Source: Aplysia californica
Lineage: Eukaryota
Assembly (NCBI RefSeq): GCF_000002075.1
Contig: NW_004797437.1
Location: 696,152 to 760,151 of the forward strand
Length of the DNA: 64,000 nucleotides
Reading direction: 5' to 3'
Shown here: in pieces, positions 48,691 to 60,260 of the stretch
How the letters are laid out: each line of letters starts with the position of its first letter
How positions within the stretch are numbered: position 1 is the first letter of the stretch
Translations under genes and position numbers: made by a program
Notes under the pieces: generated by a model
Seen by the model: only the letters and a program-made list of their open reading frames with translations
The model's database searches: none
Told to the model about the DNA's origin: nothing

Positions 48691-50265
48691 TGTTGGGCGC
48701 GATCTGTCGATTTGCACGATCCATCAATCGCGCAGCGCATTTGGTTGATCGAGGAAACGCGCGACAATCCATCGATTGTTGCGCATTCTGATGATCAGCG
48801 GATCGCGCAGCGCTTTTTGTCGATCTGTGAAATATATATACTTACTGCACATTCTGTCGATAAACTATGATGATGAAGTAAATTTTTTAAAAAGAAGAAA
48901 ATTGGTTTACTGAGCATGTCAGTCATTGAGTTTGAGCGTCCTGTTGTTTGGTTTCCATGATGAGTTGTGTGTTGAACTTAAAGTGTTCACGGTTGAGTGA
49001 GGCAGATAAATTGACACGACGTTAAATCGAGCACCTGCACCCAGTATTTGGACAGATTTGATTGGCTGAGTACTTCACGTGGTATTCCAAATATGGTCAA
49101 GATTTACTGGCTTGTGATAAATTGTTGTGTTGATTAAAAATTTATTATATACAAGTATTATTTTCTTTATTGTTTCCCTGAACAAGAGCACCTCGAGCAC
49201 AACCAACCTCTCCATATTCTAGCATCTGCGTTTGTCGCGGCCGCGACCCGCAAATCGCGGCCGCGATTTTTGCATAATTTTTTTTAAAAGACAAAAACAA
49301 CAAAGCTACTTCCTAACATATTAGACATGTATTTTGATAAGTTTTAAGATGTCCATGTGTATCTATTTTCATGCGGAGAATATAAGTACATTACATACTA
49401 TATTGCGGTCTGCTGTCTTTTATTTTCCCCTCTTTTTGTGTTTTAATTTTACTAGGACTGTGTAATTGTTGAGTCAAAAGACTGCACTCTCATTAGATCT
49501 ACCCAACAGCAGTGTCTAAGTAGGCCTACACGGTAACCGACAACTCAGGGTTTTTCTACCACCACTGCAGCATCATCACTACTTCCACCACCATTTGTCT
49601 TTCCACATGTTGATTTTGTTGAGTATTGAATTTTTCTGTAATTTTTATCACATCGCACAAAACCGACAGCCGCAGCCTCTTCCCAACACCTCTTCCCCCA
49701 TCATAAGCCGAGAGTGCGATATCACAACGCGCAGTCTCATTTGGTCGACATAATTAACTTTGCCCCCGGCAAGGTCAACTCTAGGGCCTAGTTTTGTTCA
49801 TGAATACTAATGACGCAGGGAGGGCTAGTTTAGATAGATCTAGTAACTGGATATTAAAGCTCACATCTCAATTGTTATCATTATAATTTTTAAAATGTTC
49901 AGAAATGCTGGAAATATTTAGAAACAAGGGTCGGAAGTCTTACGGACATCATACTGGACTCAATTCAGAGTCCGAATAGTTCGTTATTGTGTAATCCTGA
50001 CTTCCAGTTACTTCCATTCAGTTTCGGTTTGACTTTGGAGAGTGAAACTAAATTATATGTATTACACTCGGGACGACAACAAAACATAACAAAACTCAGG
50101 GGTAAGATCTATAGAATGCGCAACCAAACGGATCGACAAAAAGCGCTGCACGATCCGCTGATCAACAGAATGCGAAATAATCGATGGATTGTCACGCATT
50201 TCCTCGATCAACCAAATGCGCTGCGCAATTGATGGATCGCGCAAATCGACAGATCGCGCCCAACA
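48691..50265. mobile_element. Ginger-like non-autonomous DNA transposon (TGT..ACA, ~140-bp TIRs, 4-bp TSD CCTC)
   Basis: 48691-48830 is the reverse complement of ~50130-50265; CCTC at 48687-48690 and 50266-50269. Confidence 0.8.
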
Positions 50266-51030
50266 CCTCCATTACGAACCAACGCAGGCGGTTCTAGAAG
50301 AAGGCCACAAGCGCACACAAACTCAAGCAGACTGACGCAAACACACTTGACCTGCGTGAATGGGGATCCGACTCGGGACCCGAATTTCACGTAAGATGTG
50401 CGCTGAGCCAGGGGCTACACTGATTCGGGACCAGAACGTAGGCGAGGTGCCGAAATAGGCTTATCGGGCGACATAAACCCGGCTCCCGCAGGACGAGGGT
50501 TAATGGAGATAGACATGCTTTGGACCAATCGGGGGGTTCCCTGCCCATCTGGGATAACAAAATCTGGGGGGTTACATTGGAGCATGTGCCCATTTTAAAC
50601 CATAATTTGATGTTATACAGTTGGATTTGAAATTTTCTTGAAAATAAATTGATTTGCGACAGTTTTAGAGGCTTTATCTTTATCATACTTTATACTTTGT
50701 ATTTGATCTGCAGCAAACAGTACTGCAGTTTGACCCCCGAAGCAGTGCATCTGTGCGCGGGAGCGAAAGTAAAAATTTGGGTACTTTTTTACTTTCCCTC
50801 CCGTCTCACACTCAGCTACCAGTTGTCTATTTTCTACTAAATATCGAAGCGCTGAACATGAATATCAACTTCATTTCCGTCGCAAATTAATAGTTTTTGA
50901 AATTTGATTGTTTTTAACCGAGATAGACATGCTTAGGACCAATCGGGGGGTTCCAGGGGGGCCTGCCCCACTGGGATAAAAGAAAATCTGGGAGGTTACA
51001 GGGGGGGGCGTGCCCCCATGTTTTTACCTA

Positions 51031-51998
51031 CGAAGTGATTATTCGGACTCGAGTCCGAATATGAAAAAATGTTATTCGGACTCTGATTCTTGTCCAGCAT
51101 GACATCACTTCCGACTTCCTGTGACCCGTGAATCCGGCTTCCTGTCCTGCCTCACTCGTGACTCGCCTCAGGCTGGGTAGAGACCGGGATCACTTCGGGC
51201 AAAAAGGCGTTTTGTGCAGGAGTCGAGTTTTAATTTTATGTTGAATTTGAGGCCGGCCTGAAAAGTTATAGCTCTTCTAAGAAATGTTTATTTGTCAAGA
51301 GGTCATCAGAAGCAATTAAAGATGGCTCGTTAGCGTGTGTCGGGGTCAGATGGGCGGCCTGCACACGTGTGGCTGTGTGCGTGTCGGGGAGGGTGGTGAG
51401 GGGGAGGGGGGGCACTATCGGTCCGGGCTTTGAACGTCGCATACGCGTCAGTCTTTTTCCCCCCGGCAACAGATCATTATTACAATAATAAGCTAGTCTT
51501 GACGTAGATCTACGTAATGAATTGTGCGCTGGTCTATGGAATCAAAAGTTGCTGTATGCTCAGCTCTACACAGCAACACAACTTTTTCTTGGTAAATAAT
51601 CGAATGACACAGGCTTGTGCATTTGAACGAATCGGTCTTTTTTTTTTTTACACAGCTCATAATATATGCAGGTGTCAGGTGGTCTGCTAATCTTCAATTT
51701 TACCTTTTTCTACAACAAAGAAAGTAGGAAATGTGGGGGGGGGGGGGGGGGGTCGTATCAATGAGGCCCGGCGGGCATTGGATCGGCAGATAAGGTGTGG
51801 GGGAAACTAAAAAATGGCGGAAAATTGGAAGCACTGAACGTTAGATCTATAGAACGAAGACACTTCCTTTTTTCCGGACCCGAGTCCGAATAACATTTTT
51901 TCATATTCGGATGGCGGAAAATTGGAAGCACTGAACGTTAGATCTATAGAACGAAGACACTTCCTTTTTTCCGGACCCGAGTCCGAATAATGACGGCC
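51031..51998. mobile_element. Mutator-like element, asymmetric ends CGAAGTG..GGCC, TSD TTTTACCTA
   Basis: Perfect 9-bp TSD 51022-51030/51999-52007; subterminal palindromes; internal ~80-bp duplication near the right end. Confidence 0.85.
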
Positions 51999-52138
51999 TT
52001 TTACCTATCTATAGGCTAACTTGATATTTTAGAGTTAGATTTTGAAATTGTCTTGAAAATAATTGATTTGCGACAGTTTTAGTGGCTTTATGTGTGATCT
52101 GCAGCAAACAGTACTGCAGATTGACCCCTGAAACAGTG

Positions 52139-52894
52139 GGAAGTGGCTATTCTCATCCGGGGTGAGAATAGAAAAACGATCTACCTCTCACCCCGGGTGA
52201 GACTTGCGTCCGTGTAGGCTATTCTCACCCGGTTTGAAACAAGACCTGTTTTTCCTCATTTCGGAATACTTTCTATCGATGTGGATGACCAAATTGATAA
52301 AAGCCAAGAAAAAATTACGTTATAGCACAAAAGTAAGCTAATTTGATCGTCTTCAAAGATGCTATGGCTATTTCACTGTTCGAATCGAGCCGAACTACGT
52401 GGGTCGCCATTTTGTTTTGCCCGGAAGTTCTCGCAAGATCTACTCCTCCCCTCTCTGTCTCTTTCTGAATACTGTCTATCGGTGTGGACGATCAAATTGA
52501 CCAAAACAAAGTTATAAAATGATGTTAAAACACAAAAGTAAATTAATTTAGTTGTCTACAAAGATGCTACGGCTATTTAACTTTTCGAATCGAGCCGAAC
52601 TACGCGGGTCGCCATTTTGTTTTGACCGGAAGTTCTCGTGCTACTCCTCTCTCTCTCTCTCCACTGCCCACAGACAAAATTGTACGCTTTTAATAGGCTA
52701 CAATTGTAATGGAACGTTTGTTCACGGCACAGAATTCTACAATTTTTCTGTTATCACAGTGTAGAATTCTGTGGTTTAGGGCGAACGCAAAATTTGTTGG
52801 CCTAGATCTAGGCTATAACGGTGAACGCGCACCGGGTGAGAATAGCCAAGACTCGCCTGCACTATTCTCACCCAGGGTGAGAATAGAGGTGGCC
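52139..52894. mobile_element. Mutator-like element, ends GGAAGTG..GGCC, TSD GAAACAGTG
   Basis: Perfect 9-bp TSD 52130-52138/52895-52903; CTATTCTCAYCC..GGTGAGAATAG palindromes at both ends. Confidence 0.88.
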
Positions 52895-52944
52895 GAAACA
52901 GTGCATCTGTGTGCGGGAGTGAAAGTAAAAATTTACCTCAATTT

Positions 52945-53075
52945 GGAAGGACTTCCGTAACGAGCGACCACCCCATCAAACACAATAAAGAAGAGGCCTA
53001 ACCCTAACCCTACCCCTACTCCAAGCCCTCAATTCTGCTCTGTCTCATAGTGGTCGCTAGTTACGGAAGTCCTCC
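52945..53075. mobile_element. Short MITE with internal telomere-like (TAACCC)n; second copy 56276-56427
   Basis: TIR GGARGGAMTTCCRTAACGAGCGACCAC; copy 2 has TSD AAAATTTC(G/A). Confidence 0.8.
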
Positions 53076-53378
53076 TAAAAATTTAGATCAGATCTAAATC
53101 TAGATCTATATCTAGATGTAGTGGTAGACTGAAGTGTGAAGTCCAGACCCAGTAGGCTGGCTGTTGGCTGTTGAAGGCCAAGAATATAATGTACGGAAGT
53201 GGCTATTCTCATCCGGGGTGAGAATAGAAAAACGATCTACCTCTCACCCCGGGTGAGACTTGCCAGCGTAGGCTATTCTCACCCGGTGCGAAACAAGACC
53301 TGCTTTTCCTCACTTTGGAATACTGTCTATCGGTGTGGATGATCAAATTGAAAAAAGCCAAGAAAAAATTACGTTATA

Positions 53379-54456
53379 GAGTAATCGTACCGGTTCGGGC
53401 AGCACGTTTTTTTTTTGCTGTCGGGCACTGGAGTACAAAAAGATCGTTTAAAACTTTGTTTTCAAATCTAGCCCCAAAAGAGTGGCACACAAACCTAAAG
53501 CAACCTCCCTTACTTTCGTTGAAACAACAGTTATGGCGATATTTTGCTAAAAATAGTCCTTAAGACAGCTTTTTCTTCATCAACTGAGCAAAACAGCGTG
53601 AAGCTCTTTCCCCGGAAGAGTTAACATTGGTTGTGGATGAAGGAGCCTGTGACCTAGATTCTACGTTTTGGTAGACTCTGAAGGCTGGAGAGTTATTTGC
53701 ATATGAGGCCCTGTCAAGGATGAAAGAGAATTTGCCGTTTAGTCTCGCCGTTTTTGCCCAAAGGGGGGGTGCCCGGATTGTAACATAAAATCCGTAGTTT
53801 CTCATCCTTCGGGCACATAAGATAATATAGAGCCAATGGTTTATATAACAAAGAATAAAGAATTTGTGCATAATTTAAATAATAGTAGAGTCAGATACAG
53901 CATATTAACTCAGTCAGACACCAGTAATAGAGTCAGATACCAGTGTGTAATACAGTCAGATATCAGTGTAGCAGAGTCAGATCCAGTGTAGTTGAGTGAG
54001 CCAGATGCCAGTGTAGTAGAGTCAGATACCACGTAGTAGAGTGGGTCAGATACATACTCATTAAAATAGCTATAAATGGTGAATACCACTTTAGACAAAC
54101 TATCATTGTGTCCAAGTGTTGATAACAAACATTAAAAATCATGTTATTAAGCTTGCAAAGAAACAAATGTGATAATAATTGAAAATGACCGAATGTCAAA
54201 ATACTGCCCGAATCCATGAGAAAACCAAAAAAATGCGACCGAACTCGTAAATAAATCGGGCGTCCTTTTGCACCCAGTAAGGGCCTCAAACATGAGAACA
54301 AGCTGAAACAGGTCATTCCTGGGGTCATCCAATCACATGACTTCCTGTAGCTGGTTTCGGTTTGTTTCTAGGGCAAGGCAGATATAGGAGATATAAAGCT
54401 TTAAAGTCGACGTGCCTGTTTTCGTCCTTATTTTGACCGAACCCGTAATATTACTC
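53379..54456. mobile_element. Nested TA-TSD element (GAGTAAT..ATTACTC) with ~21-bp GAGTCAGATAC satellite (53885-54055)
   Basis: The empty site ACGTTATAGCAC in the sister copy (52316-52327) shows the TA duplication. Confidence 0.8.
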
Positions 54457-54845
54457 TAGCACAAAAGTAAGCTAATTTGATCGTCTTCAAAGATGCTATG
54501 GCCATTTCACTTTCACTGTTCGAATCGAGCCGAACTACGCGGGTCGCCATTTTGTTTTGCCCGGAAGTTCTCGCAAGATCTACTCCTCCCCTCTCTCTGT
54601 CTCTTTCTGAATACTGTCTATCGGTGTGGACGATCAAATTGACCAAAATAAAGTTAAAAAATGATGTTAAAACACAAAGACAAAAGTATATTAATTTGGT
54701 TGTCTACAAAGATGCTACGGCTATTTAACTTTTCGAATCGAGCCGAACTACACGGGTCGCCATTTTGTTTTGACCGGAAGTTCTCGCGCTACTCCTCTCT
54801 CTGTCTCTTTCTCTCTCTCTCTCTCCACTGCCCACATACAAAATT

Positions 54846-55116
54846 GGGCGCTTTTTCGGTAGTTCCCACCCCGCAATTTTATTCACGGGATTGGGTCACA
54901 AGAGTAGGGGGGTTTCAGGGGGGCTTGCCCCCCTGACCTAATAAAAATAGGAAGGGGGGTTTCAGGGGGGCATGCCCATAATTTAATGTTTTGCAGTTGT
55001 TAGGTTTGATATCTTAGCTCACCGCGAATCAAACGTACAGATCTAGATCTAGATCTAGAGATATAGATGTAGGTCAGGCTCAAATAAGGGGGGTGGGAAC
55101 TACCGAAAAAGCACCC
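54846..55116. mobile_element. Nested MITE with 27-bp TIR and 6-bp TSD AAAATT
   Basis: GGGCGCTTTTTCGGTAGTTCCCACCCC / GGGGTGGGAACTACCGAAAAAGCACCC; single AAAATT at the empty site 52676-52681. Confidence 0.88.
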
Positions 55117-56109
55117 AAAATTGTACGCTTTTACTTTAGTAGGCTACAGTTGTAATGGAACGTTTGTTCACGGCACAGAAATCTACAATTTTTCTGTTAT
55201 CACAGTGTAGAATTCTGTGGTTTAGGGTGAACGCAAAATTTGTTGGCCTAGATCTAGGCTATAACGGTGAACGCGCACCGGGTGAGAATAGCCAAAAGAC
55301 TAGCCTGCACTATTCTCATCCCGGGTGAGAATAGAGGTGGCCATATATATAGACATAGATCTAGAGTACTGTTTGGCCATCTCGGCCCCCTAAGAAATAT
55401 TGTTTTTATTTCAACACTGTGAGAGCCTCAATTGTTGTTGACACACGGGAAACCACTTAAAAGAAGCAGAAAAGTATCCTCTACATGATGGTGGTAGTGG
55501 AATGAACTATCGTTTATTATTTTGTGGGTCACTCGGCAAAATTTCATTTCGCATTTTTGGCTCATTTTCGGCCGGGTCCGGACGGGTCGGCCAGAGGGGT
55601 CTGGGAAGGTCGGCCACCCATTTGGAAATGGTCCGGGAATGTCGGCCACCTAGAATTATGCTCTATAACACCCATGTTTATCTATCTAGTGAGAATTAAA
55701 ACCTTTAAGACTATTTTTACATTAAAAAGGGATAAATATTCTGACTTGGAGGAGTAATTAGGATGCTCTAATCATCATGATGTTCATTGTCATAGTTTTG
55801 TTACAAAGAGCAGAGACATTTTGAGAAGAAAAAAGAAGATAAAAAGACTCCACACCTGATAGAGACACAGAGAGAGAAGAGACAGAAATGCAGTCTGTAG
55901 CAGACACTTAGACCTAGATTCTAGATCTAGATCTAGTAGATATACAGACAGACAAGTGGACAAACAGAGTGACTGACATATTATATATAATATAGATCTA
56001 TATATGATGAATTTTCTTTTCACTCTCTTTCAATGAATGAAACAACGACACTTACTGGTATGTCCACACTTCTGTCCTGTATAAAAAGTGATCAAAAGAC
56101 AATTTTGTC

Positions 56110-56625
56110 TGAGGGAGCTATGCATTTTAAAGTTGATAAAACATTGATGTCCATATTCTATCATTCTACCCTAGAAAGTAAGATTAATTTTTGTATAACA
56201 GCATGGGCCGGGAACACAAGACAACAAGATAAAGAAAAATTAAACTGATTAATACGAAAAGCATGGAAAATTTCGGGAGGAATTCCATAACGAGCGACCA
56301 CCAAGGAACAGAGTAGATATAGAGGGTGAGGGATAGGATTAGGGTTTGGGATAAATGGTTAGGGTTAGGTCTCTTCTTTGTTGAGCTTGTTAATGTTGGG
56401 GTGGTCGCTCGTTATGGAAGTACTTCCAAAATTTCAAGATCTACATTCCCCTACTTCGATGAATTGTACCTTACAGCTTGCACTGAAATTTTTTTAAAAT
56501 TCCATCCCTCAAATTAAAACACAAGTTAGAAGTGTAAAAGACCTAGATCTAGGCTTCTGACCTGTAACAAAGAAAGATACTGCAGGTCATTTTTACCATC
56601 ATCCATCAAAATTCTTCCATCTTAA
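56110..56625 (+). mobile_element. L2/Crack/Rex-type LINE 3' remnant split by a MITE
   Basis: FYHSTLESKINFCITAWAGN..DKEKLN..IRKAWKI and ..ERYCRSFLPSSIKIL are typical C-terminal RT-downstream motifs. Confidence 0.65.
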
Positions 56626-57611
56626 CCATCTTGTTTCGAGTATTCATAAGACCTTTAGAGCATGCATCAGAATAACATTGAGTTACCGTCAGAATACTGA
56701 GTCTAGCTTAAGATTAATATTGTTGTATTACTGTTCATTTATATCATGCATGTGGCTGTAAACATAACATCAGACTCATCCATCACTCAAATGCATGTAT
56801 TTGCTTCACCCTCACTGCTACTAATTACCTAAAACCTCAAACGTTTTGCAGCCTTCCCCTTTCTTTTACCCCTCTTTTTTCTTATTTCATCCTTTTTTTC
56901 CTGCTCTCCTCAGTCTTTCTCTGCTTTTCTTTTCTGCATGTTTTCTTTTCTTCTCTTCTTCATTGGTTGCTTTCTTTTAGATTCCTACTTCCTCTCCTCA
57001 CTCTGTTTTGCTTCTTCCATTTCTTTAAAATAATATGTCATTGTTTCTTCACTGGTTCAAGCCACATATAGTTGGGGTAACCAGTCATTTCGTCAAACGG
57101 ATCTCGTCCCACCCCAATTATGTGTGACAAAATGACTTCGCTTATAAATATATATCTCTAAAATTGTTATGCTAGTAGAGTTTTGGAGGATCAGCCTAAA
57201 GCTTTTTTCGAAGTACATAAATTGTTATTAATGTAAATTAAATCTTCGTCCAAACTGTTCCATAGTTGAACAATAGTTTTCATTAAATAAGGCAAAAACA
57301 ATGTCTGGTAAAGAGTTAGTAAGGCTTTGTTTCAAAGTAAGGGTCTAGCTTTTAGCAAAATTGCAGTACCGTACATTTCTATTAACTAATTTATTTTTTA
57401 ACAGAACTAATATTATGATCTTGCCAATCACACCTTTCATCAATTATAGGCCTATTTGATCTGAATCGACAGATTTCAATATTGTCCGTAGAACGGTGTA
57501 GCTGATCAGGTAGGCACGACAACTCGCACTGCCCTCCCCCCGGTCCTTCCACACACAGCCCCCCAACCCTCCCCTGAAAATTGTGATTTGCGATTTCCAT
57601 GACTATGGGCG

Positions 57612-58533
57612 TTTGGGAGGTAAAGAGTTCCATCAAGAAGGACAAGAATACCTACCTGAATGACCTGGCCAAAAAGGTAGAGAAAGCAGCAACAGACGGA
57701 CACTTGCAGATTGTACACCAGACAACAAAAACTCTGTCAGGAAGGTTCAGCAAGCCTACTCAACCAGTGAAAGACAAGAGAGAAGGACTATCTTTTACCC
57801 AAAGCGGCAACTTAACCGAGGGAGAGAACACTGTGATCAACTCTTGAAAAGACCACCTCCAGAAAACCAACCAGAAATTCTTCCAGCCAGAAAAGACCCC
57901 ACAATAGTTATGGAATCACCTTCGAGAGAGGAAAATACGGCAGCTATAACATCAAGGCAGATGGTCCCGACCACACACCACCGGAGGCCCTTAAGGCAGC
58001 TAAAGATACATCAGGGGAAATTCTCTGTGCTCTATTTGAAAAGGTTTGGCAAAAGGAGGAAAAAGAGGGGTAAAGGAAGGGGAAGGCTGCAAAACTGACT
58101 TCAAAACTGCTTGTAGGTACCGCAAACTGGCCGTGCGCCCCCGTGGCGCACTGTCAAGGAGACCAAAAGGAGGAAATACCATCAGACTGGAAGGAAGGTC
58201 ACCTAATCAAGCTGTAAATGAAAGGAGACCTCAGCAACTGTAACAACTACAGAGGCATATAGTAGAAATAGGACTAAGAAAGTGGCGATGGATGGGACAC
58301 ACCTATTAAGAAAGCCCAACGGAAACATCACAAAACAGTCACTGCAGTGGAACCCACAGGGAGCACGAGGCAGGGGTAGGCCACGTGAACGAGGAGGAGA
58401 TGCGTGTGGAAAGGGACAAGAGATGAAGCTCACTTGGAACGAGCTTGGAAGGATGGCCCAGGACAGAGATGAATGGAAGGAGCTTGTGTGGCCTATGGGT
58501 ACCCTGCCAGGGGTGAAAGGCATTGATGATGAT
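57612..58533 (+). mobile_element. Internally deleted RTE-clade LINE remnant
   Basis: EVKSSIKKDK..LSG..PVKDK, RPPP, IPSDWKEG..KGDLSNCNNYRGI, WMGH..RK..ALQWNPQG-like, RGRPR, AQDRDEW, (GAT)n tail; multiple frameshifts. Confidence 0.85.
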
Positions 58534-59105
58534 TCATTAATCTCAGTCTCACCCCAATCACCCTCAAAACCACTCATTCAAATTATGAAATCCATTTTAC
58601 ACCCTTCTGTCAAATAAAAAGAAACAGATTTGCGGGATTTATGCATTATCTTTCATTCTGCCATTCAGCAAGGACTGGGAAGTAGCCTTTTTTTTTTTGC
58701 ATCGAATTCAATTTCTAGAGCTAGAATCTAGAGATTTTTGAATGTCTGACTATAATATTCAGATACTTCAGTTGTGGTCGGGGCAACGTTCCTGGACTAT
58801 ACTTCATTTGAAAATGCCTTCAAAAGGTACTGCAAGAAAACAGGACAGCTCGACCTTGGCAGTAACCTATTTTGCATTTAGTCAACCCTAAAGCAAAAGC
58901 TAAAATCCTTCATATGTATGTAGCCTAAACAAACAAAAAATCCGTCCACGCCCCGCCCCCACACGCCTCGTTCACACATTATTCACGCACGCAAACACGC
59001 AAACACACACACACACACACATACACACTGTCACACGCATGCACGCACGCACGCAACGCACTTTCACTTTCACTTACACACACAAACACACACACACACA
59101 CACTG

Positions 59106-59143
<38 letters not shown>

Positions 59144-60171
59144 ACGCGCGCGCGCGGGCACGGGTCACTCCATTCGTAAATTATCAACAGTTTATTAGGC
59201 CTAATCTCGAGAACGGAAACCGTTCGGAGAAACAGAGTTCAAGTTTATTTTCCCGAACGTTGGGAAAAATAGAACCAGCGCCTTAATAAAATTGTAACCT
59301 TACCTTGGTGCAAGCAACACACTCCATGAATATCACCAAATTTGGTATAATAATCCATTTAATCGAATTCACTGGCCACAAAAATAATTAATGTACGCAA
59401 CAAATGAAATAATAAAAATAAACAATAGGCCTAAACAATAAAAAAAAAATGGGTAGGTTAAGCTTGAAAATATATTTTAAAAACATATTGTGCACTAGGC
59501 CGATATGCGCGAACTGAGTCTACAAAGCTCGGCCAGCCCCGGCCGAACAACCCGGACACTTAACATTTTTAGTCCGGTTGACTCGACCACCCCACCACAT
59601 CCCTCCTCATGCAAGAAGGGCTTCCCCTTGTTCCCGGAATAGACAAAAAACTTCTTTGCCTTCCGTCCCAGGTCATATGACGTAGTAATATAGCATCTGC
59701 GCATGTCTATGACCTTATGAGTATGCATAGTTCAAGTTATGGAGACGATGAAAAAATGGTGGACCTACTTTCGATTTACCTGGCTCTGTCGCAAAAAGGA
59801 ACAAACATTCAGTGAAAACGGGTGAAAGGGAAACAAAACGTGCGAGATTGTTAGCATTACTTAACAAAGATTACATTGGTTTATAAATTAACAAAATATC
59901 CGAATAAGATTGGCTTTAAAACGAGTTGGAACAACACTCCCCTAGGCGGGCGGCCGACTTGTCCAGACGGCCGAGATGGCCAGACAGTACTGTAGATCTA
60001 ATGTACTACGCCTTGGCCTTGAGTGCAATAGACGAAGACAAGATTCCAGTCTGAGATCTAGGATCTAGACTCTAGAAAGCCGGAAATTGTGTGAACAGTG
60101 ACAAAAAGTCTCTGAAAGGTACAATAAAAGACAAGTTTTTTCCCCCACTACAACAACAACACTGACCGACG

Positions 60172-60260
60172 ACTCACCGGGCATACACAACCACAAACAA
60201 AATCTCTGCGTCAAGTTTGAATACTTCCGCCGCTTTGTTATTAAGCCAGGACTTCAAAGA
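60172..60260 (-). promoter_or_regulatory. Candidate NDC80 promoter / non-coding first exon (CHR-like TTTGAA, ETS/E2F-like GGCGGAAGT, donor CCG|GTGAGT)
   Basis: Minus-strand donor GTGAGT 60177-60172; TTTGAA/TTCAAA at 60216-60221 and 60253-60258; GGCGGAAGT at 60231-60223; unique sequence just beyond the transposon cluster. Confidence 0.4.

Larger units (their letters stand above)
53195..55342. mobile_element. Second copy of the 52139-52894 element carrying two nested MITEs
   Basis: Colinear with 52139-52894 after removing 53379-54456 and 54846-55116. Confidence 0.85.
55369..59987. mobile_element. 4.6-kb TA-flanked TIR element filled with younger insertions
   Basis: TA|CTGTTTGGCCATCTCGGCC ... 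GGCCGAGATGGCCAGACAG|TA (18/19); GTCGGCC subterminal motifs at both ends. Confidence 0.65.
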
